From Gammaproteobacteria bacterium (GTDB taxonomy: Bacteria > Pseudomonadota > Gammaproteobacteria > Steroidobacterales > Foliamicaceae): 64,000 nucleotides of DNA. Of the stretch, positions 27,343-37,659 are shown one piece after another. How positions within the stretch are numbered: the stretch's first letter is position 1; the number at the start of each line of letters is the position of its first letter. The notes below the pieces were generated by a model. The model was given only the letters and a program-made list of their open reading frames with translations, was not told the DNA's origin and did no database searches. Position numbers and translations under genes: made by a program. The stretch is from assembly GCA_965200225.1 (NCBI GenBank), contig CBDATM010000001.1, positions 633,510 through 697,509 on the forward strand, written 5' to 3'.

Positions 27343-29229
27343 ATGCCTCAATTGACTGTCAAGGCCCTGGTGACCGGTGTGCTGCTGTCGATCATACTGT
27401 CCTGGGCCAACGCCTATATCGGACTTTTCGCAGGGCTTACGGTGTCGGCCTCCATCCCCGCCGCGGTGCTCTCCATGGCCGTGCTCGGATTGTTCAAACG
27501 CAGCAATATCCTGGAGCACAACATCGTGCAGACCGCGGCCTCGGCTGGCGAGTCGCTGGCCGCCGGCGTGATATTCACCTTGCCGGCGTTGCTGATACTG
27601 AACTACTGGAACGTGTTCGACTACTGGTGGGTGAGCGTTATCGCAGGCGTGGGAGGTCTGCTCGGGGTGATGTACACCATCCCACTTCGCCACTCGCTGA
27701 TTGTTTCCGAGAACCTGGCGTTCCCGGAGGGCCAGGCCACCGCGCAGGTCCTCAAGGCCGGCCAGGAGCGCAGCGGCGAAGTGCGGTTTCTGGCTCTGGG
27801 CGCCGGCCTGGGCGCGCTTCTCAAGCTGTGCGAAACCGGGTTCAAGACCTGGGACGGCATCGCCCAGGCGGCGGGGCGAATCACCGGCGACAGCATTGCC
27901 TATATCGGCTCCAATCTTTCACCCGCATTGATCGGCGTGGGCTACATCGTCGGCCTCAACATCGCCACGCTGGTGCTGTTGGGCGGCATGTTTTCCTGGA
28001 ACATTGCCCTGCCGGCGTACGGCGCGTTCTTCCTGGACCATGACCCGCAACTGGCTGTCAGCGTTGCCGGACTTTCCGCGGCCGACGCCGCCTTCGCCAT
28101 CTGGAGCGAACAGATACGCTATCTCGGCGTTGGAGCGATGATCGTGGGCGGACTGTGGGCCATCGTGTCGCTTCGCGGTTCGCTGGTGGACGCTTTCCGG
28201 CGCGGTTTCGGGAAATCCTCGACTGCCGGCGCGGTGGCGGAGACCGACCGCGATACCCCCATGCGCTACGTGCTGGTGGCCGTGGCCTGTCTGGCCGTCC
28301 TGATGTGGTTCATCTATAACAACGTGGTGGACAGCGCTGGCGTATCGCTGGCAATGACGCTGCTCATGGTTACGACCGGCTTTTTGTTTTCGGCGGTTGC
28401 CGCATATATGGCTGGCCTGGTGGGGTCCTCCAACAACCCGGTGTCCGGCGTCACCATTGCCACCATTCTCTTTTCCTCCATGCTGATGCTGTGGATGGCG
28501 GGCGCCGGCGAGGCCAGCGCTCCGGCGGCGGTAATCATGATAGGCGCGGTGGTGTGCTGCGCCGCGGCCATCGGCGGGGACAACATGCAGGATCTCAAGG
28601 CAGGCCGCATTGTCGGCTCCACGCCCTGGAAGCAACAGATCATGCAGATCGTGGGCGTGGTTTCGGCAACCTTCTTCCTGGCGCCGGTTTTGAACCTCAT
28701 GCTGGAAGCCTATGGAATCGGCCCGGCCACTCCCGAGCGTCCCGATTCGCTGCTCGCTCCGCAGGCCACGCTGATGGCTTCGGTGGCGCAGGGCGTGCTG
28801 GGCGGCGAACTGCCCTGGAACATGATCGCCGCCGGCGCTGGAGTGGGCGCGGCCATCATCGTCTGCGACGAGATATTGAAGGCGCGCAAGGCCGGGTTCC
28901 GCACTCCCGTTCTTGCCGTCGCGGTGGGAATCTACCTGCCTGTGGAACTCGCCGTGCCCATTTTCCTGGGCGGACTGTTGTCGCATATGGCCAGGCGAGC
29001 CCGAGGCGGCGCGTCCGCCCGGACGGGTTCGCTGCTGGCTGCCGGCCTGATTACGGGCGAAGCGCTGGTGGGAATCGCTATCGCTGTGCCCATCGTTTTG
29101 AGCGGGGACAGGAACGTGCTCATGCTTCCGTTCTCCGCCGGGATCTGGCTGGGCCTGTTGGCGGTTGCAGCCGTGGCGGTTCTGCTCTATCGTGCCGGCG
29201 TGCGCAGGGATGCCCCCGGTTCAACCTGA
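27343..29229 (+). CDS. OPT-family oligopeptide transporter
   Basis: About 628 aa and polytopic (more than 14 TM helices). The N-terminus LVTGVLLSIILSWANAYIGLFAGLTVSASIPAAVLS is typical of bacterial OPT proteins. Confidence 0.75.
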   Translation: MPQLTVKALVTGVLLSIILSWANAYIGLFAGLTVSASIPAAVLSMAVLGLFKRSNILEHNIVQTAASAGESLAAGVIFTLPALLILNYWNVFDYWWVSVIAGVGGLLGVMYTIPLRHSLIVSENLAFPEGQATAQVLKAGQERSGEVRFLALGAGLGALLKLCETGFKTWDGIAQAAGRITGDSIAYIGSNLSPALIGVGYIVGLNIATLVLLGGMFSWNIALPAYGAFFLDHDPQLAVSVAGLSAADAAFAIWSEQIRYLGVGAMIVGGLWAIVSLRGSLVDAFRRGFGKSSTAGAVAETDRDTPMRYVLVAVACLAVLMWFIYNNVVDSAGVSLAMTLLMVTTGFLFSAVAAYMAGLVGSSNNPVSGVTIATILFSSMLMLWMAGAGEASAPAAVIMIGAVVCCAAAIGGDNMQDLKAGRIVGSTPWKQQIMQIVGVVSATFFLAPVLNLMLEAYGIGPATPERPDSLLAPQATLMASVAQGVLGGELPWNMIAAGAGVGAAIIVCDEILKARKAGFRTPVLAVAVGIYLPVELAVPIFLGGLLSHMARRARGGASARTGSLLAAGLITGEALVGIAIAVPIVLSGDRNVLMLPFSAGIWLGLLAVAAVAVLLYRAGVRRDAPGST

Positions 29230-29254
29230 AGGCAAGATTTTGCGGAGGAATTCC

Positions 29255-29551
29255 ATGTCTCACTACCTGGTTGCGGTGTGCAACATCACGAACTTCAACG
29301 ACAACATGAAGAAATACGTTCAGCTCTCCGCCGAGCTTGTAGCCAGGCACGGCGGCGAATACGTCATAAGGGGCCCGGCGGAAGAAGAGGTGGAGGGCGA
29401 TAAGCTGGCGGGTTGCTATCTGATCGTCAGTCGTTTCCCCACCCGCGAAAAACTGGACGCGTTCTGGAAAGGCGACGAATACCGCAGCAAAGTGCGCCCC
29501 CTGCGCGCCGGCACCGGAACCTACGACATAGCGATCTACTCGTCCGCCTGA
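29255..29551 (+). CDS. DUF1330-domain protein
   Basis: 98 aa, MSHYLVAVCNITN...YVIRGP...LIVSRFPTREKLDAFWKGDEYR, with a dimeric alpha/beta-barrel-like DUF1330 pattern. Confidence 0.65.
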   Translation: MSHYLVAVCNITNFNDNMKKYVQLSAELVARHGGEYVIRGPAEEEVEGDKLAGCYLIVSRFPTREKLDAFWKGDEYRSKVRPLRAGTGTYDIAIYSSA

Positions 29552-29801
29552 CCCGTGCACCTTGCATTGCAAGGACAGACCATGGATGTTGAAGAGCTCC
29601 GCAAGCGGTTCAACCTTGGTCAATAGTAGACGAGGTGATTTCAAACTTGATTTTGTAGTTCCCCTCCGTGCCTTTACCTGATTCGGCGTTATTGTTCCGA
29701 GGTCGTTTGCCTCGACCCGAACCAGAAACGCGTGATTGAGCCTGCGAGCCCCGCCGCCGTGGCCTCACCCGGAGCGTATCCCGGTCCGGCAGCGATGGCC
29801 A

Positions 29802-32800
29802 TCAGCCCCCATCCAGGATGTCCTTCAGCGTCGTGTGCGACGGGTCCAATTCCACACCGTCGGCGAACTCCGGCGCGATGAACAGGGGGTTGCCGGGCGA
29901 CCAGAGTTCCACGCTTTCGGCGTGCTCCGCGTAGTACTCCGGGTCCGTCGTCACCCGCAGCGGCTTGGACATCCCCGGGGCCAGCAGGCTGTACTCCCGG
30001 CGGCCCATCGGCTGGACCTCGACACCAGGGGCCATGAGCGCGACCGATGCGACGATCCGGTCCAAGTCTTCCATGGTGACGGTCGGCTGCGGACGCGCCG
30101 TCACGGCGAGATCGCCCTCCGTCACGGCATCGATGTCGAATCCCGCATCCTGCCGCTTGCCCGCCTCCCGTTCGATGGAGTCGACGAGATTGGCGCGCCC
30201 GCGGGCGTCGCGGCCTTCGCCTTCAAGCACGCTTTGCGAAATCCTGCTGGGCAACCGGGCCAGAATGGGTTGCAGCGGTCCCACCACGGATTGGAACAGG
30301 CCGATGCGGTCCCGGAGGGCGCGGTAGATGTCGGTCTCCACCGTCCCCTCGTAGTGCAGGTTGACGATACGGATGTTCGTGTGCTTCTGACCCAGCCGGT
30401 CGATGCGCCCGATGCGCTGCTCCACCCGCATGGGATTCCATGGCATGTCGTAATTGACCAGCGCGCCGCAAAACTGGAAGTTCAGGCCCTCGGCCGCGGC
30501 GTCGGTGCACAGCAGGATTTCGGCTTCGCCGTCGCGGAACCGCCGCTTGGCGTCATCCCGGCCGATGCGCCGCCAAGCGCCATCGGCACCGGGCGCCTCG
30601 CCACCGCGCCCGGAGAAGCAGAGCAGTTTCCACTCGGCGTCCTTGAGTAGTTCACCGCGCAGGAAGTCCATGGTGTCGGTGTATTGGGTGAAGACCATCG
30701 CCTGGACGTAGTCCGTCCGGCGAAGCTCGTGCAGAACGTCCTTGAGGCTGTCGAGCTTGCTGTCCGGCGGCAGGCCGTCCATGGCCAAGAACAGGCGGTC
30801 GATATCCGCCTTCCGCTCGTTGGCGAGGGCTTCGCGTTCGAGGCGCGCCACCTCGTCCGCATCCACGATCTCGTCCTCCGCCTCGTCATCCGGCAGGTCG
30901 TCATCCGGGCTCGGCAACCGCGGCGTCCCGTCGGCGGCGATGGCGTCGCGCCGTTTCCGCAGGGTCTCCCGGAGCGCCATGAAACTGCTCGCGATCCGTC
31001 GGCGGTAGACCGTCATGACAAACCCCACGGCGGTGCGCTCCTTGCCGCTCGTCTGGCTGTAGGCGGTGGCGATGTAGTCCTCGACCGCCTCGTAGACCGC
31101 CCGCTCGTCCGCGGCCATCTCCAGGAAGCGGTCCTCGACTTGGCGCTTGGCGATCCGCGTCGTCATCATGCCTTTCTGGAAGTACCCCCGCAGCAGCTCG
31201 CGGGTGTTCCGCGACACCAACCGGCGCACCGGGGTGCCCGCCCGCATGATCTTGACCGCCGCCCGGCGTTCCGCGGTCTCCAGTTGACGGCGCGGAATAC
31301 TGGCCGCGTCGCGCAGCGCGCGCAGCACCTTTTTGGTCTTCAGGCGCGACAAACCCGTGAGCCGCTTCGCATCCGCCGCCCCGACGACGCCGTGCGCGCG
31401 TTCGACCGCTTGGAACAGCGACGCCATCCGTTCCATCGCCTCCGCCGAGGGGCTCGGCTGTTCGATGTCGCTGAAGAAATCGAGAAACTCGCGCTCGGTC
31501 CATTCGGGCGGCAGGCCAAGCAGGTCGAGCAGATCCCAGACCTCGATGGGATGCACCTGCATGGGCGTGGCGGTGAGCAGCACCAGCCCCTCGGCGCGTT
31601 CCTTCAGGCCGTGCATCAGTTTGAGCAGGGTGTTGGGGCCGCCCTCGCGCTGGCTACCCGCGCCGCGCCGCCGGGCGTGATGCGCCTCGTCGAGCACCAC
31701 CAAGTCCCAAGGTGCCGCCTGTTCCAGTAGCTCCGCCGCCCGGTCGCCGCGGCGCATCAACTGGCTTGACGCGATGACGGCGGGTTCGCGATGCCATTCC
31801 CCGCGTCCGGCAGCGCGCTCATGGCGGCCAAGCAACGCCGGCGCCGGGTACCATGTCAGCTTGTCGCGGTGGTAGATCGGCCAGTTGAGGTTGAACTTCT
31901 CCCGCAACTCGATCTGCCACTGGCCGAGCACAGCCTTGGGCGCGAGGATCAGGATGCGTTTGGCACGCCCGGCGAGCCATGCCTGCCTCAGCAGCATGCC
32001 CGCTTGGATGGTCTTGCCGAGCCCCACCTCGTCGGCGATCAGGAGCCTGGGCGGCCAGTTGTCGTAGAGGCGCTCGAACACCCTCTCCTGATGCGGCCAA
32101 GGATTGACGGCCGCGGTCGCCTCGCCGACCCGCTTGCCGCCGTGCGGACACGCCGGCGCCTCCCGGATGAACTTCCAGACCCGTGCCCGCAGGTCGCCCA
32201 CCGGCGACGGAGCGCGTGTCGATGCCGGCCGCGGCGCCCGCCCGGCATCGCCAGCGGGCCGCTTCGACGGTTTGTCGGTCGGCTTGCGCTCCAGACGGCC
32301 CGGCATGTTCGTTGCCGGCCTGAAGCGCATCAGGTCTCGGCGCGCCGCCTCCGGGATGTCCATCACGATCACGCGCTTCGCCTTCCCCGCCCAGATCCGT
32401 GCGAAGCTCGCCTCTTCCTGGTCAACCCGTCCGGGTTCGGGTCCCCAGCTCGTGTAGACGCCGATGCCCTCCCAGTTCTTCTGCCAGCCGGCGTTCGTCT
32501 CGTTCAGGCTTCCGGTCCATGCCAGCCGGTCGCCGACCCGATCCTCTACGATACCGGTCTTTTCATGGAAGATGGCGTTCTCCGTGATCGGCGCGCCGGC
32601 CGCGTCGCAGGGTACGGCGACCTTCACTTCCAGAAATCCGCGCGCAACCATCCATGCCAGCAATTCCAACGCGCCGACCGATGCCGAATCAGGCGGGTCG
32701 AGCGGCAAGCTCGCGAGACGCCGCTCGACAAGTTCGCGGAGTTCCTCGCCCCGTTCGATTGCCTCGATTTCCGGCGGCTCCAGGGTGCAGCCGACGACGA

Positions 32801-32990
32801 GCCTCATGCGGCCGTCGTTTCGCACCAGACCTTCAATACCGCGCGCCGCCAGCGCCAGGGCGCCGGCGTTGAAATAGCCCGTCAGGCGGTCGTAGCGCTC
32901 CGCTTCCTCAAGGGCAGGAATGTAGAACCGCTGGACGAGGTTGCCGCCCTCGACCGTGTACTTGAGTTGCCATTCGCGATCCCGAAGCAT
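29802..32990 (-). CDS. PLD(HKD)-nuclease domain fused to SNF2-family helicase (defence-island helicase)
   Basis: 1062 aa. The N-terminal HKD motif is IFHEKTGIVED. SNF2 motifs are LLIADEVGLGKTIQAG, VVLDEAHHARR and LLCTDAAAEGLNFQ...NYDMPWNPMRVEQRIGRIDRLGQ. The start lies 3 nt after the methyltransferase stop. Confidence 0.9.
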   Translation of the reverse strand: MLRDREWQLKYTVEGGNLVQRFYIPALEEAERYDRLTGYFNAGALALAARGIEGLVRNDGRMRLVVGCTLEPPEIEAIERGEELRELVERRLASLPLDPPDSASVGALELLAWMVARGFLEVKVAVPCDAAGAPITENAIFHEKTGIVEDRVGDRLAWTGSLNETNAGWQKNWEGIGVYTSWGPEPGRVDQEEASFARIWAGKAKRVIVMDIPEAARRDLMRFRPATNMPGRLERKPTDKPSKRPAGDAGRAPRPASTRAPSPVGDLRARVWKFIREAPACPHGGKRVGEATAAVNPWPHQERVFERLYDNWPPRLLIADEVGLGKTIQAGMLLRQAWLAGRAKRILILAPKAVLGQWQIELREKFNLNWPIYHRDKLTWYPAPALLGRHERAAGRGEWHREPAVIASSQLMRRGDRAAELLEQAAPWDLVVLDEAHHARRRGAGSQREGGPNTLLKLMHGLKERAEGLVLLTATPMQVHPIEVWDLLDLLGLPPEWTEREFLDFFSDIEQPSPSAEAMERMASLFQAVERAHGVVGAADAKRLTGLSRLKTKKVLRALRDAASIPRRQLETAERRAAVKIMRAGTPVRRLVSRNTRELLRGYFQKGMMTTRIAKRQVEDRFLEMAADERAVYEAVEDYIATAYSQTSGKERTAVGFVMTVYRRRIASSFMALRETLRKRRDAIAADGTPRLPSPDDDLPDDEAEDEIVDADEVARLEREALANERKADIDRLFLAMDGLPPDSKLDSLKDVLHELRRTDYVQAMVFTQYTDTMDFLRGELLKDAEWKLLCFSGRGGEAPGADGAWRRIGRDDAKRRFRDGEAEILLCTDAAAEGLNFQFCGALVNYDMPWNPMRVEQRIGRIDRLGQKHTNIRIVNLHYEGTVETDIYRALRDRIGLFQSVVGPLQPILARLPSRISQSVLEGEGRDARGRANLVDSIEREAGKRQDAGFDIDAVTEGDLAVTARPQPTVTMEDLDRIVASVALMAPGVEVQPMGRREYSLLAPGMSKPLRVTTDPEYYAEHAESVELWSPGNPLFIAPEFADGVELDPSHTTLKDILDGG

Positions 32991-32992
32991 TG

Positions 32993-35932
32993 TCAGTCGT
33001 GATCGTTGCGCCAGAGAGCGAGCTGTTCCGGCTCGTCAATCCGGTCGCGGTAGGCAAGGCAGCGGAGATTGTAGAGGACTTCAAAGTCGCTTCCCGATGC
33101 CGCCGCCTCGCCTTCGAGATCAATGCCCGTGAACGTCTTGGAAGGCGGCAGCACTTCCAGCACCGCTTCGAGCGCAGCGAAAAAGCGCGGTTCCCGATCA
33201 ACCTGTGCGTCAGCCAGCAGTTCGCGAGCCGCGGTCAGCGAGCGCAGCCGGGCCATGTTGGCGGCGTGATGGATGGCATCGATCATCCCGCGAGAGCCGT
33301 CGGGAGGTCCGAGCGCTCCCCTGGCCGCTCGGCGTTCGCTGCCCCACAGGGTGAAATCGCTTCCCTTCTTCGCGGCCAGGCGGCTGACAATATCGCGGTC
33401 GAGATTTGCCCCTACGGCGCGGGCGAGCCGCAGCGCCTCGTCGTAGGAAAACTTCGGTGCCCGAAAGGCATCCCAGGCAAGCACGAAGAAGGCGGTCGCA
33501 GGATCGAGATCAGCATCGGCCTTGAGATGCGTCAGCTTCTCCAGGCGCCAGCGCTTGACCTCGCGCCGCGCGGTGTCGAGCGCGTCCTCGGGCGTGGCCG
33601 CATAGGGGTCCCACTCGTCCTCGCGCTGCGCCGGCTGCCGACGCCTTCGGCGTTCCTCCGGCCTCTCCCGAGGCGTGCCGCGCTTGAGCGGCCAATGGCG
33701 CGAGAGCTCTTCGAGCGCCGGTCCGAAGGAGGCCAGATAGAGATCGACACCCGTGATCCCTGCCTCCTGAAACTCCCCGATCCGCGCGCGAACCGCCTTC
33801 GCCACCCGGGGTTCCACGTCCTCCCAGTAGACGACTTCACTGGAGTCGTCCCGGTCGCCGCGCGGGCGGCAGACCAGGAAGACCGTGCTGTTGGCCGCTG
33901 CCTTGTTGCGGATGTGCAGGCTGCCCTCGGCCTCGGTGTTCACCGGCCACGATGCGGTAATCGCGAAGCCCGCCTCCATCAGGCCCTTGGTGAGCGCGTC
34001 CCAGGCGCCGGTCGCCTTGTGGGTGAACATGAGCGTCATGATGCCGTCGGGCTTCAGCACCCGGCGGCACTCGGCGAAGATCGACGCCATGCGTTCCTGG
34101 TAGTCGCGGCCGGCGAGCGCCCTCGCGCCCTTCTCGCCCCGGAAACGCGCGGGATTGGCCACCGCCTCGTTGTGCTTGTCCGTCAGATGCCGTCGGAAGA
34201 GTTCGGGGAAGACATGGCCGGCGGTGCGCTTGAGCCAGACGTAGAAGAAGTCCGACAGCTCGGCGTACATGACGTTGTCGTAGTAAGGCGGGTCCATCAC
34301 CACGACATCGATGCTGGCGTCCTCGATGTGGTCGAGGCTGTCGCCCGGCTTGCACGAGATGGTGATCGAAGGCGCTGCGTACCCCGTCGCGCCCGCGCCG
34401 ACAAACAGGTCGTCGTTGTCACCCACTGCGCCGGGACGCACGAGCGCGACGAGCTCGTCGATGCACTTGGCGGTCTGGCCGATGGCCCAATCGTAGCCGA
34501 GCCCGACGATGAGCGGGGCCATTTCGGCGTAGGACCACTTGAACGCGAAGTCGTGACGGTCGAACTTGCCCGCAATGACTTCGCGTTTCGGTATCTATCG
34601 CGTCATTCGAACGTTGTAATTCAGCAGCTTGTCGAGCGAGAGCGCCAGATACCCATACGCCGCCTTGCGAACATCGCTCAGTTCGCCCCGCTGCCGGTCG
34701 GCTTCGAGCATCTCGCGGAAGACCTCGACGCCGGTGCCGTGACAGAGAAGCTGACGCGGCGAGAACAGGTCGCGCCAGAGCGGCATGCCGTACTGTATGG
34801 GCCGGTCGTCATTGCTGTCCGTGGGAAACCGTTCGCTCGGCACCATGTCGAGCGCCTCCCACTCGGGGAGCTTCTCTGCGAGCCGTGCGGCGATCTCGGC
34901 GCTGTTGTCGTCTTCGGGACGCGGCGCCCGATAGCCGCGCACCCACTTCGGCTTGCCGAGCTTGCCGGACTTGAGCACCCGGTCGTCGCGCCGCTTGTAG
35001 ACCACGGCATAGAGCTGCTCCCCCATCCCCCCGGCCTGCGCCTGCGCCTTGATCTCGTCGCCGTCGATCACCCGCCCGCAGTCCGGATACGGACACGTCC
35101 CATCCCCCCGCGCCACCGTCCCCGCCGACTGCTTCCGCACGTTCTCCACGATCTCGAAGGAACACATCCGCCCCTCCGACCCCGGTCCCGATGCAAGCTC
35201 CGGCTTCAGCTGCACCTCGGTTCCGCCAGGTGCGAGCCGCCAGTTCGGGGAGAGCGGCACTAGGCCCGCGCAGTAGGGGCAAGAGATGGTGCGCGCCCAG
35301 AGATAACCGTCTGGCCGGGAGTTTTCTTCGGCTTCCACCGGATAAACTCCCGCAAGGCGTTCGCGAATGATCGCCGTTAACTTGGCACCGATTTCGTCCA
35401 CGAGTGTCTTGACTTCATTTCCGTGCTTACTGGGCCATTCAAGCGTGGCATGCTCGATCAACGCGGCAACCGGGTTCAGGTCGTTCGCCAATGTTTCCAG
35501 CCCGAGACGGACACTCTCAAATGGCACACTGCCGCCACCCGCAGTAGGATCGAGGAGAGCAGTGCCCTTAGCTATGCGCTTCGCGAGCCAAGTTCTGTCA
35601 ACATTGTCTGGCGTGTATCCGAATGCCCGTGGATACCCGTATGCCGCTGCTCCCAGCCGCTTCCCTTTCCGGGTGGCGACAGCAATCCGCTTCTTCGCCT
35701 CGACCGGATCCCCGTGAATCCCCAGCACATGCAGAAACTTCTCGCGATCCGCATCCGCGGGAAGCAACGAGGCCAGAACGGCGGCCCGCGCCGCCACCAG
35801 CGGCCGCCGCGCCCACCAGACGTGCAGATAGTACGTGGGAGGCAACGCGGTCATGGAACGGCGCTCGCGAATGCTCTCTTCCCCCAGAGCCGCGATCGGC
35901 AGCCAGCGCTCGATCAGGCGAACGTCCGTCAT
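32993..35932 (-). pseudogene. DUF1156 (COG1743-type) Zn-ribbon DNA methyltransferase interrupted by a single in-frame TAG
   Basis: The N-terminal part (34595..35932) has the DUF1156 hallmark YYLHVWWARRPL, SAM motif LLDPTAGGGSVPFE and a Zn ribbon CPYC...CPYPDC. The C-terminal part (32993..34522) has motif IV VVMDPPYYDNVMYAELSDFFYVWLKR. Both ORFs are in the same frame (36013-34522 = 1491 = 3x497). They are separated only by TAG at 34595-34597, and the sequence between them reads on sensibly (IPKREVIAGKFDRHDFAFKWSYAEM). Confidence 0.85.
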
Positions 35933-36423
35933 GGCTGCCTCCATCCAGTGCGGAAATTCAGGTCGCGCAACATCTGGAACGTGTGGATGCACCTTATGCC
36001 GAAAGTTTTGCACACATCCGGCAGATGCCGGTTGGCCCGTTCACGCGCGGGCTTGGAAACCTCCGTGGTGACCACGGTAATTTCCTCCTTGGCGGCGAGC
36101 GCGTGGGCTACCAGGAACGGGTCGGCACCAACTTTCAAAAGCTCTTCCTCTCGGAGATCAGGAGCATAGCCTTCCGCCACAGCCCTTTGCACAACGCTTG
36201 GCTCCGATTCCCGGGGCCACCGGAGGACGGATTTGGCTTGCTTTACCCACTCCACAAGATCACCCCTTCCGCGGACGATTTCCTCGTATATTTCGATCGG
36301 CATCTTCGCCCGGCCTGATTCCGCCTGGTGCAGCAGCCAATCCCAAAACTCCGGCACTCGATCCAGCTGATAGTAGTCCCGGCCCGCATCGATCAGGACA
36401 TTGGCGTCGAGGAGATGGGTCAA
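35929..36423 (-). CDS. DUF4411 PIN-like nuclease
   Basis: 164 aa. (M)THLLDANVLIDAGRDYYQLDRVPEFWDWLL...IEIYEEI...DLVEWVKQ...DPFLVAHALA matches the DUF4411 pattern. A TTG start lies 6 nt after the ImmA-like stop, with AGGGA as RBS. Confidence 0.8.
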   Translation of the reverse strand: MTHLLDANVLIDAGRDYYQLDRVPEFWDWLLHQAESGRAKMPIEIYEEIVRGRGDLVEWVKQAKSVLRWPRESEPSVVQRAVAEGYAPDLREEELLKVGADPFLVAHALAAKEEITVVTTEVSKPARERANRHLPDVCKTFGIRCIHTFQMLRDLNFRTGWRQP

Positions 36424-36429
36424 GATCCC

Positions 36430-37584
36430 TTATCCCGCCAATACGGGCCCAACCTGCGTCGGCTTGACGCCGAGCACCACAGCGGCGCGTCTGGTGGGCA
36501 ATGAACGCTCCGCCAGAGAGCGGGCGACCAATTCGAGCATTGCTTTCCCCACGCGGTGACGCCTGACTGTGTAAAAAGCGGGCCCGCCTTTGGACTCCCG
36601 GTTCTTGAATCTCTGCCTCTGCCTTTGAGAGAGCCATGATCGCCTAAATCCCTCCGCCAGACGTCGGTATTCGGCTTGCCCGATGTGCCCGGCCCGCAAG
36701 AGCCTATAGGCGAACAGCGTCCTGCTGACATTCCATTCCTTGGCAATGTCGGCTATCTCCGCAGCAAGATCGTTCCGGGTTGCGCGAAACTCCCTAATGG
36801 GTTTTTTCGGGAGCAGGAACCTGCTGGCGACATCGTCGCAGAATCGCTCCACCTTCGAGTCCCCGGCGGTGGAGGAACAGGCGTTTCGGCCCAGCAGCAG
36901 ATGAACAAGTTCGTGTACGAGCGTGAAGCACCAAGCGGTCTTGGCGTCGTTGTTATTGATAACGATGAAGGGCGCCAGCGGATCCGACAGCGCGAGGCCG
37001 CGGAACGCGGTTGTGTCCAGCGCCGTATGATGGCTGCCGAGATCGCCTTTCAGAATGACGAAAACCTGCGCGCCCTCGGCGGCCTCCCGGAGCCCTTTGA
37101 AGAGGGCCTCCGCACCGAGATGCCTCATGGGCGCGACATCCCCAAGCAGTTGCCGCACCTTGGACAAGCCGCGGCGGACGCCTTGGTCCAAGGTTAGGGT
37201 GCCGATGAAGGGAACCCTCGGCGCGTCCTCGTCCGCCAGAATCTCGTGAACCAGGCTTTGGCTGGCTTGCATATCCCGCACCAGCATGTTGATCCGCGCT
37301 TGATCGGAGCGCGAACCGGAAAGAGAACGGAACTCAGAGTCGCGCAAGCTCGGTTTTGGCGGCCGCGCCAAGTAAAAGGCGATCAGCGGCTGTCGATAGA
37401 TGTCCACCATCCGCAACAACAACGGCTGCGTTGGCTCATGTTCGCCACTCTCAAGGTCGGTCAGGCGGTCAAGCGGCGTTTTCCCATGTGCTTCCTTAAT
37501 CCTCAGTTTGCGTGCGGCTTCGGCCTTGGACAGGCCAGCCCGGTTCCTGGCCCAAGACAGAATTTCGGGGTTCACGGCTGGCAT
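36430..37584 (-). CDS. Xre-type HTH fused to ImmA/IrrE (COG2856) zinc metallopeptidase
   Basis: 384 aa with an N-terminal HTH (ILSWARNRAGLSKAEAARKL) and a HEXXH site (FTLVHELVHLLLG). A strong AGGAGG RBS lies upstream. Confidence 0.85.
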   Translation of the reverse strand: MPAVNPEILSWARNRAGLSKAEAARKLRIKEAHGKTPLDRLTDLESGEHEPTQPLLLRMVDIYRQPLIAFYLARPPKPSLRDSEFRSLSGSRSDQARINMLVRDMQASQSLVHEILADEDAPRVPFIGTLTLDQGVRRGLSKVRQLLGDVAPMRHLGAEALFKGLREAAEGAQVFVILKGDLGSHHTALDTTAFRGLALSDPLAPFIVINNNDAKTAWCFTLVHELVHLLLGRNACSSTAGDSKVERFCDDVASRFLLPKKPIREFRATRNDLAAEIADIAKEWNVSRTLFAYRLLRAGHIGQAEYRRLAEGFRRSWLSQRQRQRFKNRESKGGPAFYTVRRHRVGKAMLELVARSLAERSLPTRRAAVVLGVKPTQVGPVLAG

Positions 37585-37659
37585 GTTGCCGCCTCCTGGG
37601 GGTAGTCGCCCGGAACCAGTGGCCGACCTTCGGCCAATCGGGCATCGCCCCTCAGCCGA

